The notes under the pieces were generated by a model, which did not search any database, was not told the DNA's origin, and was given only the letters and a program-made list of their open reading frames with translations. A DNA stretch of 64,000 bases from IMG/VR virus record IMGVR_UViG_3300030099_006113, positions 1 to 64,000 of that record; one strand, 5' to 3'. Below are positions 27,835 to 35,370 of this stretch, piece by piece; the first letter of the stretch is position 1, and each line of letters begins with the position of its first letter. The position numbers were made by a program, and so were the translations under genes. Source of the stretch: an uncultured virus (IMG/VR IMGVR_UViG_3300030099_006113). Taxonomy: Duplodnaviria; Heunggongvirae; Uroviricota; Caudoviricetes.

Positions 27835-29414
27835 GGGGATATCAGCAAGAGGCCGTCGATGCGGTGGTCAAGTACTTGCTGGAGAAGAAAGGCAACCCAT
27901 TGGTTGCGCTGCCCACTGGGTCGGGCAAGAGTCATGTGCAGGCAGGGATAATTAAGGAACTTCTTCGGCGATATCCTCGCACGCAAATCATATGCTTAAC
28001 GCACGTCAAAGAGCTTATCGAGCAAAACGTAGAGAAGCTTAAGCTCTACATTCCGGGCGCTGATATCGGCGTCTACTCGGCGGGCCTAGGCAGAAAAGAA
28101 TTAGGGCGACAGATAACCTTTGCCGGCATTCAGTCCATTTACTTGAGGGATATTGAAACCCCACACATCGTCATTATCGATGAGTGCCACCTTGTCCCCA
28201 AAGACGGCAGCGGCATGTATCGTCAATTCCTTGGCGCATTGAAAGACGTAAACCCGAACGTGCGTGTCATAGGTTTGACGGCCACCCCGTACAGGATGCG
28301 AGGCGGCATGCTGACCGGTGGCAAGGGTAAGGTGTTTGACTGCATCGCCTACAACTTGCCAGTGCAGCGACTTATCGACGAAGGAGTTTTGTGCAGCGTA
28401 AAGAGCGCTGAAACATCTTCGAGCATCGATACGTCAAAGGTGAAAATCCAGGCAGGCGAATACAATATTAAGCAGCTTGGCTCAGTGGCGGATGAGGAGC
28501 ACGTGACCGGGGCTGCCATCAAAGATGCGTTTAAGCATGGCCACAATCGCCGCAGTTGGCTTTTCTTCTGTGTATCAGTTGCTCATACCAACCACGTAGC
28601 AGACGCCCTCAGAAGGGCAGGTGTAACCGCTGCGCCCATTACTGGAGAGACGCTTCCGGAGGATAGGGCCAAGTGGATTGCTGATTACAAGAAAGGCGAT
28701 ATCAAAGCACTGGTGAACTGCAACGTTCTGACCACCGGGTTCGATGCACCGGAGACAGATATGATTGTCCTGCTCCGGCCCACTGTATCTCCAGGGCTCT
28801 ATGTCCAGATGGTTGGCAGGGGCATGCGCCCGGCAGAGGGCAAGAACGATTGCTTGGTCCTGGATTATGGTGGCAACATCTCACGACATGGCCCCATCGA
28901 CGATGTGGCGATGCCGGTGGAGTCGAGTGGCAAGGGTGAAGCTCCAGTTAAGTTCTGCCCCATCTGCCTGGCTGAGTGTCACTTGTCTCTGCGGATGTGC
29001 GAGGAGTGTGGCCATGAGTTTCAAATGGAAGAGAAGGAGCTAGGCAAGAAGGCTAGTAAGCTTGCGCTCCTAAAGGGGCAGAGGCCGACCATAATCAGGA
29101 AGGTAACCAGGGTAGAGTACAAGCCACACAAGAGCAAAGCGGGCAACATGACACTGCGCGTCGATTATTGGTTTAAGTATCAATTTATAGCCAGTGAGTG
29201 GATATGCTTAGAGCATCGGGATTTCGCAAGACACAAGGCAGAGAAGTGGTGGATCCGCAGGGATAAGTATATCGATCACGTAAGCGATGTCCCAAAGACT
29301 GTGGCGGAGGCCATGATATTCGTCGATGATTTACTGCTACCGAACACTGTCGATGTGCGCAACAATGGGAGATATGACGAGATTGTCGGACATGATTTTG
29401 TTCATGAGATTTAA
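27819..29414 (+). CDS. SF2 DEAH-type helicase (RadD/YejH-like) with zinc finger
   Basis: PTGSGKS, DECH, TATP, LTTGFD, QMVGRGMR, CPIC...CEECG. Confidence 0.9.
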   Translation: MEVSLRGYQQEAVDAVVKYLLEKKGNPLVALPTGSGKSHVQAGIIKELLRRYPRTQIICLTHVKELIEQNVEKLKLYIPGADIGVYSAGLGRKELGRQITFAGIQSIYLRDIETPHIVIIDECHLVPKDGSGMYRQFLGALKDVNPNVRVIGLTATPYRMRGGMLTGGKGKVFDCIAYNLPVQRLIDEGVLCSVKSAETSSSIDTSKVKIQAGEYNIKQLGSVADEEHVTGAAIKDAFKHGHNRRSWLFFCVSVAHTNHVADALRRAGVTAAPITGETLPEDRAKWIADYKKGDIKALVNCNVLTTGFDAPETDMIVLLRPTVSPGLYVQMVGRGMRPAEGKNDCLVLDYGGNISRHGPIDDVAMPVESSGKGEAPVKFCPICLAECHLSLRMCEECGHEFQMEEKELGKKASKLALLKGQRPTIIRKVTRVEYKPHKSKAGNMTLRVDYWFKYQFIASEWICLEHRDFARHKAEKWWIRRDKYIDHVSDVPKTVAEAMIFVDDLLLPNTVDVRNNGRYDEIVGHDFVHEI

Positions 29415-29511
29415 GTGTGGTTGCTCGCCACACCAGGCGGCGGCCAGGTTTTAACACCCTTTCACCTGGTCGTCGCCGACAACAAGAAAGGGAGGTGCAG
29501 AGGGAGGGACT

Positions 29512-29781
29512 ATGCACGCCAAGACAAAAGTACCGTTTGATCGGTCGGGGGAGCCGTCCTGCGGGGCGGGGGTCATTACAGTAACAGCCTATGGAAAAGA
29601 CTTAGACCAAGCCATAGAGCGCCACCATGCAATGAAGAATGACAAGTGCATGCGGGGCGATCCTATCGCGGAAAAAGTCGGCAAGCGTTGGCGGGTACTA
29701 TGGAAGGAAGATATTCGAAAGTTAGCAGATGTTCTCCCATTTCCGGGGGGATGGAGAAAAAATACAAAGAAAGGGAAATAG
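29512..29781 (+). CDS. Hypothetical protein
   Basis: SD GGAGGGA; syntenic with 63390..63719 (CGAGVITVTAYGK / CSSITITQFGK). Confidence 0.55.
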   Translation: MHAKTKVPFDRSGEPSCGAGVITVTAYGKDLDQAIERHHAMKNDKCMRGDPIAEKVGKRWRVLWKEDIRKLADVLPFPGGWRKNTKKGK

Positions 29782-29782
29782 A

Positions 29783-30292
29783 GTGAATGAAAATGAAAAT
29801 CAACAACAGCAGCAACCAATGCCCATCCAGGCGCAGAGCGCTCCAACCTATGGGCAAGTCTTTTTTATGTGGTGGTTCCACCCGATTAACCTTCTTGCAT
29901 ACGCTGTTATCTTTACCGTTGGAATGCTCACTACGACTGCTTTCAGTTACGCGGTCGGCCTGGAGCGCGATGCTCTTAAGAGCGTCCTCGGCAAAGACTT
30001 GGCTATTGCGCATAAGACAACTCTGTTTAAGTTTAACGGATACCGCATCGTTAGGGAGCGCGATACTCCCGGAACCAAGTACTCGCCAGGGGAGATTGTC
30101 AGGAACATTGAGTCCCGACAGCGCGTTGATGAGGTACGAGAAGACGAGCGGTTTGGACACGCGTCACGAATTGGGGCGATCAAGGCTAAGGCCGACGTTT
30201 ACTCAGCTAGAGGCCGACACTCAAACCAAGCACTGGAGCATCTCGATGACGAGGAGATTGCGAACCTCGATCAGTACGGACTCCTAGACTAG
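29783..30292 (+). CDS. Conserved membrane protein
   Basis: MWWFHPIN...AFSYAVGLERDAL...GYRIVRERDTPG shared with 63723..64000; likely GTG start. Confidence 0.7.
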   Translation: MNENENQQQQQPMPIQAQSAPTYGQVFFMWWFHPINLLAYAVIFTVGMLTTTAFSYAVGLERDALKSVLGKDLAIAHKTTLFKFNGYRIVRERDTPGTKYSPGEIVRNIESRQRVDEVREDERFGHASRIGAIKAKADVYSARGRHSNQALEHLDDEEIANLDQYGLLD

Positions 30293-30301
30293 CACGCAAA
30301 T

Positions 30302-30359
30302 AAACTGACCACAGATGAAGTACAGGCCAAGCATCAGTACTTCATCTTTGGTCTAGTTT
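30302..30359. terminator. Long hairpin between convergent arms
   Basis: GACCAC-AGATGAAGTAC...GTACTTCATCT-TTGGTC inverted repeat. Confidence 0.55.
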
Positions 30360-31027
30360 TCTTCTTCGCTTTCTTCTTTGCCTTTACCTTCTTCGGCATT
30401 GTTTTCTTCTTGCCCTTCATAAAACCATTTTTCATCATAGCAATAGTTCCTTGATGTGTTTGAGTAGTACACTTCTTCACAGGCTTCCCAGTCGGGCGGG
30501 CCCTGTATCTTGGTCAGAGACTGGTCTGTCCATAGTATCCTATTGTTGGGCATTGAACAGTATTGCCCGTTCTCTAGCGCTAGCACGTTTTGGCTTTTAT
30601 GTTCTCTCGGCACGGATGCACATGTTGGCATTAAATGGCCATCTGCATCACACTGGTCGATAGTGCAGATGTATGTGCCATTGATTAGTTCGTTCCCAAT
30701 CTTTACCTTCGCATCAAGATGCCTAAGAGCGTCTTTAACAATCGTAGTGATATACCAGGTATCAATATCCCAAAGAGCCAAATCAGACTGCTTAAACCTA
30801 AGATCGCCTTCTCTGTCGTGGACAAAGGCCTCAATGGGTAGCTTGTCATAGAGCGCGCCGTTTTCTAGCAGTGTCTCAAAGAGAAGCGCTCTGTGCTTCT
30901 GGGCTTTAACGCTAACCCAGTACCCCTTGATAAAATCGCCGTGACCCTTTTTTTGATTGTACAAAAATTCTTTGCGAACCCACAAGGGTTCTAATGGCAA
31001 GTTTGCTACGAGGAAGCTCACGGCCAA
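30353..31027 (-). CDS. Hypothetical phage protein
   Basis: LVANLP...VRKEFLY...GALYDKLPI...EHKSQN...PNNR; last gene of the late arm. Confidence 0.65.
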   Translation of the reverse strand: MAVSFLVANLPLEPLWVRKEFLYNQKKGHGDFIKGYWVSVKAQKHRALLFETLLENGALYDKLPIEAFVHDREGDLRFKQSDLALWDIDTWYITTIVKDALRHLDAKVKIGNELINGTYICTIDQCDADGHLMPTCASVPREHKSQNVLALENGQYCSMPNNRILWTDQSLTKIQGPPDWEACEEVYYSNTSRNYCYDEKWFYEGQEENNAEEGKGKEESEEEN

Positions 31028-31036
31028 CTCCTATAT

Positions 31037-31243
31037 CTATTTTGACTTACGACGCTTGCGCTTCCCTTGCGCGACGCGGGACCGCTCAACAGCCTTAACA
31101 TCTATTTTTTCACCCCTCTTATAAGCTGCGGCGGTGCGTTTAATTTCGGCCGCTTTGGCGCGAGGACTCTTAGCGCCTAAAGTGTATTTCGCCGGAACGC
31201 CATGCTTATAGGGCTGCTTACGCTTTCTTTTTTTTCTTACCAC
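31037..31243 (-). CDS. Small highly basic protein
   Basis: K/R-rich; GVPAKY. Confidence 0.65.
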   Translation of the reverse strand: MVRKKRKRKQPYKHGVPAKYTLGAKSPRAKAAEIKRTAAAYKRGEKIDVKAVERSRVAQGKRKRRKSK

Positions 31244-31475
31244 CGCCGCCTCTCCTCAAATCAGTGTCATGTTTTTTTGAGCCGCGAATGTAACTATTTA
31301 CTCGACCCATCGCCCACGCAGCCATCGGTACGTTGCGGCTTCCGCTACTCAAATAGGCGGCCTGACCGCGCTTATACACTTTACGAAGCGTGGCGACACT
31401 GTGTCCGCTCTTTGATGCCTTTGCTCTTAACTGGGCGGCAACACTGCCGCCCGATTTCTTTTTCTTCACTGCCAT
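31218..31475 (-). CDS. Small basic protein (DUF5824-like)
   Basis: KSGHSVATLRKVYKRGQAAY...WAMGRVNSY. Confidence 0.65.
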   Translation of the reverse strand: MAVKKKKSGGSVAAQLRAKASKSGHSVATLRKVYKRGQAAYLSSGSRNVPMAAWAMGRVNSYIRGSKKHDTDLRRGGGGKKKKKA

Positions 31476-31476
31476 G

Positions 31477-31653
31477 TCATCGTCCAACTTTTTTCATGGC
31501 CAACTTATGCGCTGCCGTAAAGGTTTTCCCGCCCCTCATCGATTTTCGCATTTCCGACATGTGTTTTTTTGTGTGATGGGCACTGTGTTTTTTTAGGGCA
31601 GACTCTTGTCTGCTTGTAAGTTTTTTCTGGGCTTTCTTTTTCTTCACTGCCAT
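31477..31653 (-). CDS. Small basic protein, 58 aa (not in ORF track)
   Basis: MAVKKKKAQKKLTSRQESALKKHSAHHTKKHMSEMRKSMRGGKTFTAAHKLAMKKVGR; fills the gap between neighbours. Confidence 0.7.
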   Translation of the reverse strand: MAVKKKKAQKKLTSRQESALKKHSAHHTKKHMSEMRKSMRGGKTFTAAHKLAMKKVGR

Positions 31654-31657
31654 GGTG

Positions 31658-31927
31658 TCACCAATTCTTGCACGACCAGTAACGGGCCGTAAGTTTTGAG
31701 GGTGGCTTGCTGTCGCATTTGTGTCGGGCCCGAAAAGACTTGCGTCTGGCCGGACTGCTTTTTTTAATTCTCATATTGGGATCGCCAAATCTAATCGTCT
31801 TGGTCTTATTGCCTTCCTTGGCAACAACGACAAACTTCTTTGGCCCACCCGGTGTCCGCTTCGGACGATTGTAGGCCCTGACTCCCGCGCGAGCAAGCTT
31901 TGGGTCTTTCTTCTTTGGCATCACCAC
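31658..31927 (-). CDS. Small basic protein (DUF5754-like)
   Basis: KTIRFG...RRKSFRARH...ARYWS; homolog 46882..47169. Confidence 0.7.
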   Translation of the reverse strand: MVMPKKKDPKLARAGVRAYNRPKRTPGGPKKFVVVAKEGNKTKTIRFGDPNMRIKKSSPARRKSFRARHKCDSKPPSKLTARYWSCKNW

Positions 31928-32487
31928 TCCTCCAGCAACGTATAGCTAAACGACTTATATCCCAGAGTAGCTATTTGCATTCGCGCCAGGCGCATCATTT
32001 CATCAAAGTCTGATTCGTTCGCCAGTACTTGGCAACCAGCTGACCATCTATCTACGCGAGTAGAATGTTCGCCCGCTTTGTGAAGATTAATACCAAAGAA
32101 GCCAGTATCCACATCGCCCTTCATGTCGAGATTTCCGTCCCTGTCAGCATCGCGCCATACAGTTACTTCGCCACCCCTTTGGCATAGGGCTTCGTATTTG
32201 CCAGCGTGTGAATCTATTTCCCAGATACCAGGATAATGACCAGGGCACAGGATAGCGGTGCCTTTTACTTGAAGAGGGTTGAGCAGGTAGTATTGACCAG
32301 GGTCAGTCGTTGCTGTCCAATAATGCGCCATCCACTGACCGCCCTGCCTGTACGTGCATGTCAGCATGTCGTCGAACTTGTTTGGCGCACCGTTTCTTTT
32401 TCGCACACCTACAATATTCAGATCGTATTGGCCGTCGAAGACAGGGTGACCCATCGCCTTCTTCCGCGCTAGTATTGGGGGCAGCAT
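31921..32487 (-). CDS. Putative endolysin, L,D-transpeptidase (YkuD)-like
   Basis: GINLH...WSAGCQV His/Cys motif; lysis-cassette position. Confidence 0.65.
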   Translation of the reverse strand: MLPPILARKKAMGHPVFDGQYDLNIVGVRKRNGAPNKFDDMLTCTYRQGGQWMAHYWTATTDPGQYYLLNPLQVKGTAILCPGHYPGIWEIDSHAGKYEALCQRGGEVTVWRDADRDGNLDMKGDVDTGFFGINLHKAGEHSTRVDRWSAGCQVLANESDFDEMMRLARMQIATLGYKSFSYTLLEEW

Positions 32488-32715
32488 CTAAAACCTCCAC
32501 TTGAGTCCTGCCGTTGTCTGCCAATTCAATGCCTCGTTTATTTCTACGCCCGCATCAACGAACGCGCTTAGTCCCTCAGTAATTTCGCCACTAACTGACG
32601 CAAAGGCTTCGGCGCGTACTTCAGAAGAAGAAGAGCCGAGAACACGTAAGCCGAGGTCAAGAGCACCACCAGATACGTCCCTTGCCGCAACGGCATCCCT
32701 TATTCCTCCGGCGAC
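32488..32715 (-). CDS. -1 frame extension of holin-like gene: four beta-strands ending GLKWRF
   Basis: Open frame reached by A_AAA_AAG at 32715-32721; its stop abuts the endolysin ATG; no usable start codon of its own. Confidence 0.6.
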   Translation of the reverse strand, partial: VAGGIRDAVAARDVSGGALDLGLRVLGSSSSEVRAEAFASVSGEITEGLSAFVDAGVEINEALNWQTTAGLKWRF

Positions 32716-32933
32716 TTTTTTACCTGTGACACCGCCTCCGCAGACGCAAGGGCTCGTTTTACTGTGGCCCTAGACTGAGAGTAGCTGGCCCCACAAACAG
32801 CAGCTAGGATAGGTCCGCCAACTTGAGCCCACTGTGAGTCGGAGAAGATGGCACAGAGGATGCCACCGCACATTCCCAGAAGGGTCATTAGGAACTCTGA
32901 ACTCCTCAGGCCATTAGTCTTGCCTTGAATCAT
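32700..32933 (-). CDS. Holin-like membrane protein
   Basis: GLRSSEF N-terminus and two hydrophobic segments; next to the endolysin. Confidence 0.6.
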   Translation of the reverse strand: MIQGKTNGLRSSEFLMTLLGMCGGILCAIFSDSQWAQVGGPILAAVCGASYSQSRATVKRALASAEAVSQVKKSPEE

Positions 32934-33204
32934 CTCGCTCTCTCCTGTCCCGCTCTACTGCGTCTTTGATATCCATGCGGCGAATAATTTCATACGTATT
33001 GCTTAACGCCTCGCGCGTCTTTTCGCTTACGTCGTTAACCCTGTCACTCAATGCCTCAATCTTTTCTTCGTTGACTGCTAGCTTAGACGCCAACCCGTTA
33101 CCGTTATGCTTCGGGTTTCGCTTGTCACTGAATCGCTCGGCTAGGCGCATCCCAACAACGATTGCCGCAACAACGCCCCCGCCGAGTGCCGATTCAGGGT
33201 CCAC
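32914..33204 (-). CDS. Single-TM coiled-coil lysis-cassette protein
   Basis: ALGGGVVAAIVVGM then coiled-coil; likely GTG start at 33204. Confidence 0.55.
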   Translation of the reverse strand: MDPESALGGGVVAAIVVGMRLAERFSDKRNPKHNGNGLASKLAVNEEKIEALSDRVNDVSEKTREALSNTYEIIRRMDIKDAVERDRRERDDSRQD

Positions 33205-33205
33205 G

Positions 33206-33451
33206 TCAGCCCTCGCTCGCCGTAGCGTCTTCAACCGTGTGGCCGCCTTCGGACATCTTGGCTTTTAGCGCTTCAATAGCGCTATCAATCAGCGATGTAA
33301 CGCCTTCACCTTCAAGCGGTAGGTTGACGCCGAAGCGCGTATTGTCGACTTCAGGAAGTGTCGCAATCGCTTGGCATGATGCACTGACGCCGCCATCTGC
33401 AATTGATTTTGTAATAGTCACCTGTACGGTGTGTAAGGTTTTAGTCGCCAT
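33206..33451 (-). CDS. Small protein after tail fibre (assembly/chaperone candidate)
   Basis: Overlaps the fibre stop; SD AGGAG. Confidence 0.6.
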   Translation of the reverse strand: MATKTLHTVQVTITKSIADGGVSASCQAIATLPEVDNTRFGVNLPLEGEGVTSLIDSAIEALKAKMSEGGHTVEDATASEG

Positions 33452-34955
33452 TTTTTAGCTCCTGAATTTGAGTATGCATTTCTTGCAAGGCTTTTGTTAA
33501 GACTGCAACTAAATGCCCGTAAGACATCGACTTGCTGCCGTTTTCACCGAACACAACTTCGGGAATAATTTGCTCTACTTCTTGAGCAATAAAACCGATG
33601 TCTGCTTGGCCTGTTTTTTTGTAATCGTAACCAACGGGCCTTAGCTGCAAAACAGTTTCAAGGCCGTATGGAATTGTCTCAATATCGGACTTTAACGCAA
33701 TGTCGGAAGCATCTGTGAATACTCCGGCAGCCGTTAGTTTTGCACCGCTGTCGTCAAGAATTGAATCACCAGTGCCTGCATTTTGAATTTCCAGTGCAAC
33801 GGGATTGTTGGTCGAATCATTTTGATCAACAACGACACAGGGCACGTTAGCGCCATCCGGGCAGTTGACTTGAAGTTGCCCGCTTGCATCAACACACTCG
33901 TGATTTACGCCAAGCTTGTGATCATGGTCTACATTTATCGCAACCGAGTTTTGCATAATCAGAAAAAACATGTCGGCGTTGGTCCCGCCGCCATGCGTGT
34001 AGCGCAACTCTCCCGCCATCGAGTTTTGCGGATCTCCGAATGCAATTGTGTTGCGCGAAGTATTATTGCTTAGAAGTGAAATCCCTGGATGCGTGTTAGC
34101 CTCAATAACCAGCATGTCTGCATGAGTGTTTGCGGAGCCGATTCCGGTGTCATCTTCTTTGATGTGGATTCCATTTGACGCGCAGATAGGCGAGCTTTCG
34201 GAACCTGTGCTTAGTTTGCCACCGTCGAAAATACGGATAACGCTATCGTTTTGAATTCGAAGCCGCTCTGAGTTTGCAACTTGAAGCCTCAGTGAACCGG
34301 TGCCCTGATCGAAGGCTATTCCATCCGGTGTGCCACCAGTATTCTCATCGATAAAATACAGGCAGCCTTTGCCGTTTGTAGGTGTCAGGATTGAAATGCC
34401 TGTGTTGCCGCTGCCCTCCACAATCAAATCATCAGCGTCTGCATGGACGTCGCTAGAGGTTGCGGCTGAGTCGCCGGTTTTAAGGTGCAGCGAGCCCGCA
34501 CCACTGCCAAGACTGGTGGTCTCGCCGCCCGTCGTAATTTTACCATCTTGAAACACAGCCAAGTGGGTAGCGCTGTCGTTTGCAATCCCAAAGTTTGCGC
34601 CGGAGGATTTTAATCTGAATGCGATGTCGCCTTGAGATATTCCGAGAATGCCGTTTGAGCCTGCGCCGCTTACGTTTAAAACTGTAAAAAAATCATTTGT
34701 TGCGCCGCTCGGATCAGCCTCGACTCGAAACTCGCCATCAACGCTCAGAGTTCTAGAAAACGTAGGTTCGCCAATGTGAACATGCGCACCACCGCCCCCT
34801 AGAATTACCCTTTCGGCTGAATCAGTGGTGTCAATTGCTAGGTAATTTTTATCGTCAATTGAATCAATCTCAAGCGCAGTGGTGTTGTTATCAGGAACAG
34901 CAATAGTGCCCCCGCCAAGCGCGTTACCAAAGATAACTATATTTGCATCTGCCAT
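33441..34955 (-). CDS. Tail fibre with C-terminal peptidase S74 intramolecular chaperone
   Basis: SDIALKSDI, LRPVGYDY, GFIAQEVEQIIPEVV, YGHLVAVLTKALQE; internal repeats ADDLIVEG..GISIL / ADMLVIEA..GISLL. Confidence 0.85.
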   Translation of the reverse strand: MADANIVIFGNALGGGTIAVPDNNTTALEIDSIDDKNYLAIDTTDSAERVILGGGGAHVHIGEPTFSRTLSVDGEFRVEADPSGATNDFFTVLNVSGAGSNGILGISQGDIAFRLKSSGANFGIANDSATHLAVFQDGKITTGGETTSLGSGAGSLHLKTGDSAATSSDVHADADDLIVEGSGNTGISILTPTNGKGCLYFIDENTGGTPDGIAFDQGTGSLRLQVANSERLRIQNDSVIRIFDGGKLSTGSESSPICASNGIHIKEDDTGIGSANTHADMLVIEANTHPGISLLSNNTSRNTIAFGDPQNSMAGELRYTHGGGTNADMFFLIMQNSVAINVDHDHKLGVNHECVDASGQLQVNCPDGANVPCVVVDQNDSTNNPVALEIQNAGTGDSILDDSGAKLTAAGVFTDASDIALKSDIETIPYGLETVLQLRPVGYDYKKTGQADIGFIAQEVEQIIPEVVFGENGSKSMSYGHLVAVLTKALQEMHTQIQELKNGD

Positions 34956-34963
34956 GACTTACC

Positions 34964-35293
34964 TCACTTAACTGCTGTAATGTCTACCTTAAGAGCCCCG
35001 CCACTACATGACGAACCAGTGTCATCACGGGTAACCACCAGGTGGGTAAGCTTCATGTCAAAGTTAGTTACGCTCAAAACGTTTTGAGTTAAATCAATGG
35101 TTTGAATGTCTGCTCTTGTACCAGTGGCGCCATTTGGCTCTTCAAAAACATATTTAACTTTTAGTCGGACGTTTGTAGATGCAGAGTGAGCAACAAGGGT
35201 GATGCTTGAATGGTTTCTAATCTTGAGCTCAAGGATGTCTGTTTCTGTAAGAGTAGACGCAGGGATAGTTTCTCTGTGAGTAAATGTACGCAT
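34964..35293 (-). CDS. Small beta-rich virion protein (phage B)
   Basis: Homolog of 240..566. Confidence 0.75.
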   Translation of the reverse strand: MRTFTHRETIPASTLTETDILELKIRNHSSITLVAHSASTNVRLKVKYVFEEPNGATGTRADIQTIDLTQNVLSVTNFDMKLTHLVVTRDDTGSSCSGGALKVDITAVK

Positions 35294-35370
35294 TTAGATC
35301 CTCCTATGGGCCAACAATGGCCAGGGCATATTTTCACCCTAAATGGATAGTAAAATTATAGCCTAAAAAG

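Larger units (their letters stand above)
1..34724. mobile_element. Phage A: podovirus-type genome, apparently complete and circularisable
   Basis: Full set of terL, portal, MCP, nozzle, ejection, replication and lysis genes. 1-77 is identical to 34725-34801 and the tail-fibre frame continues across that join. Confidence 0.85.

Noticed and set aside
33441..34955. Diversity-generating retroelement or invertase-driven tail-fibre switching
   Set aside because: No RT or invertase. The repeat is direct, and the differences are not adenine-specific.
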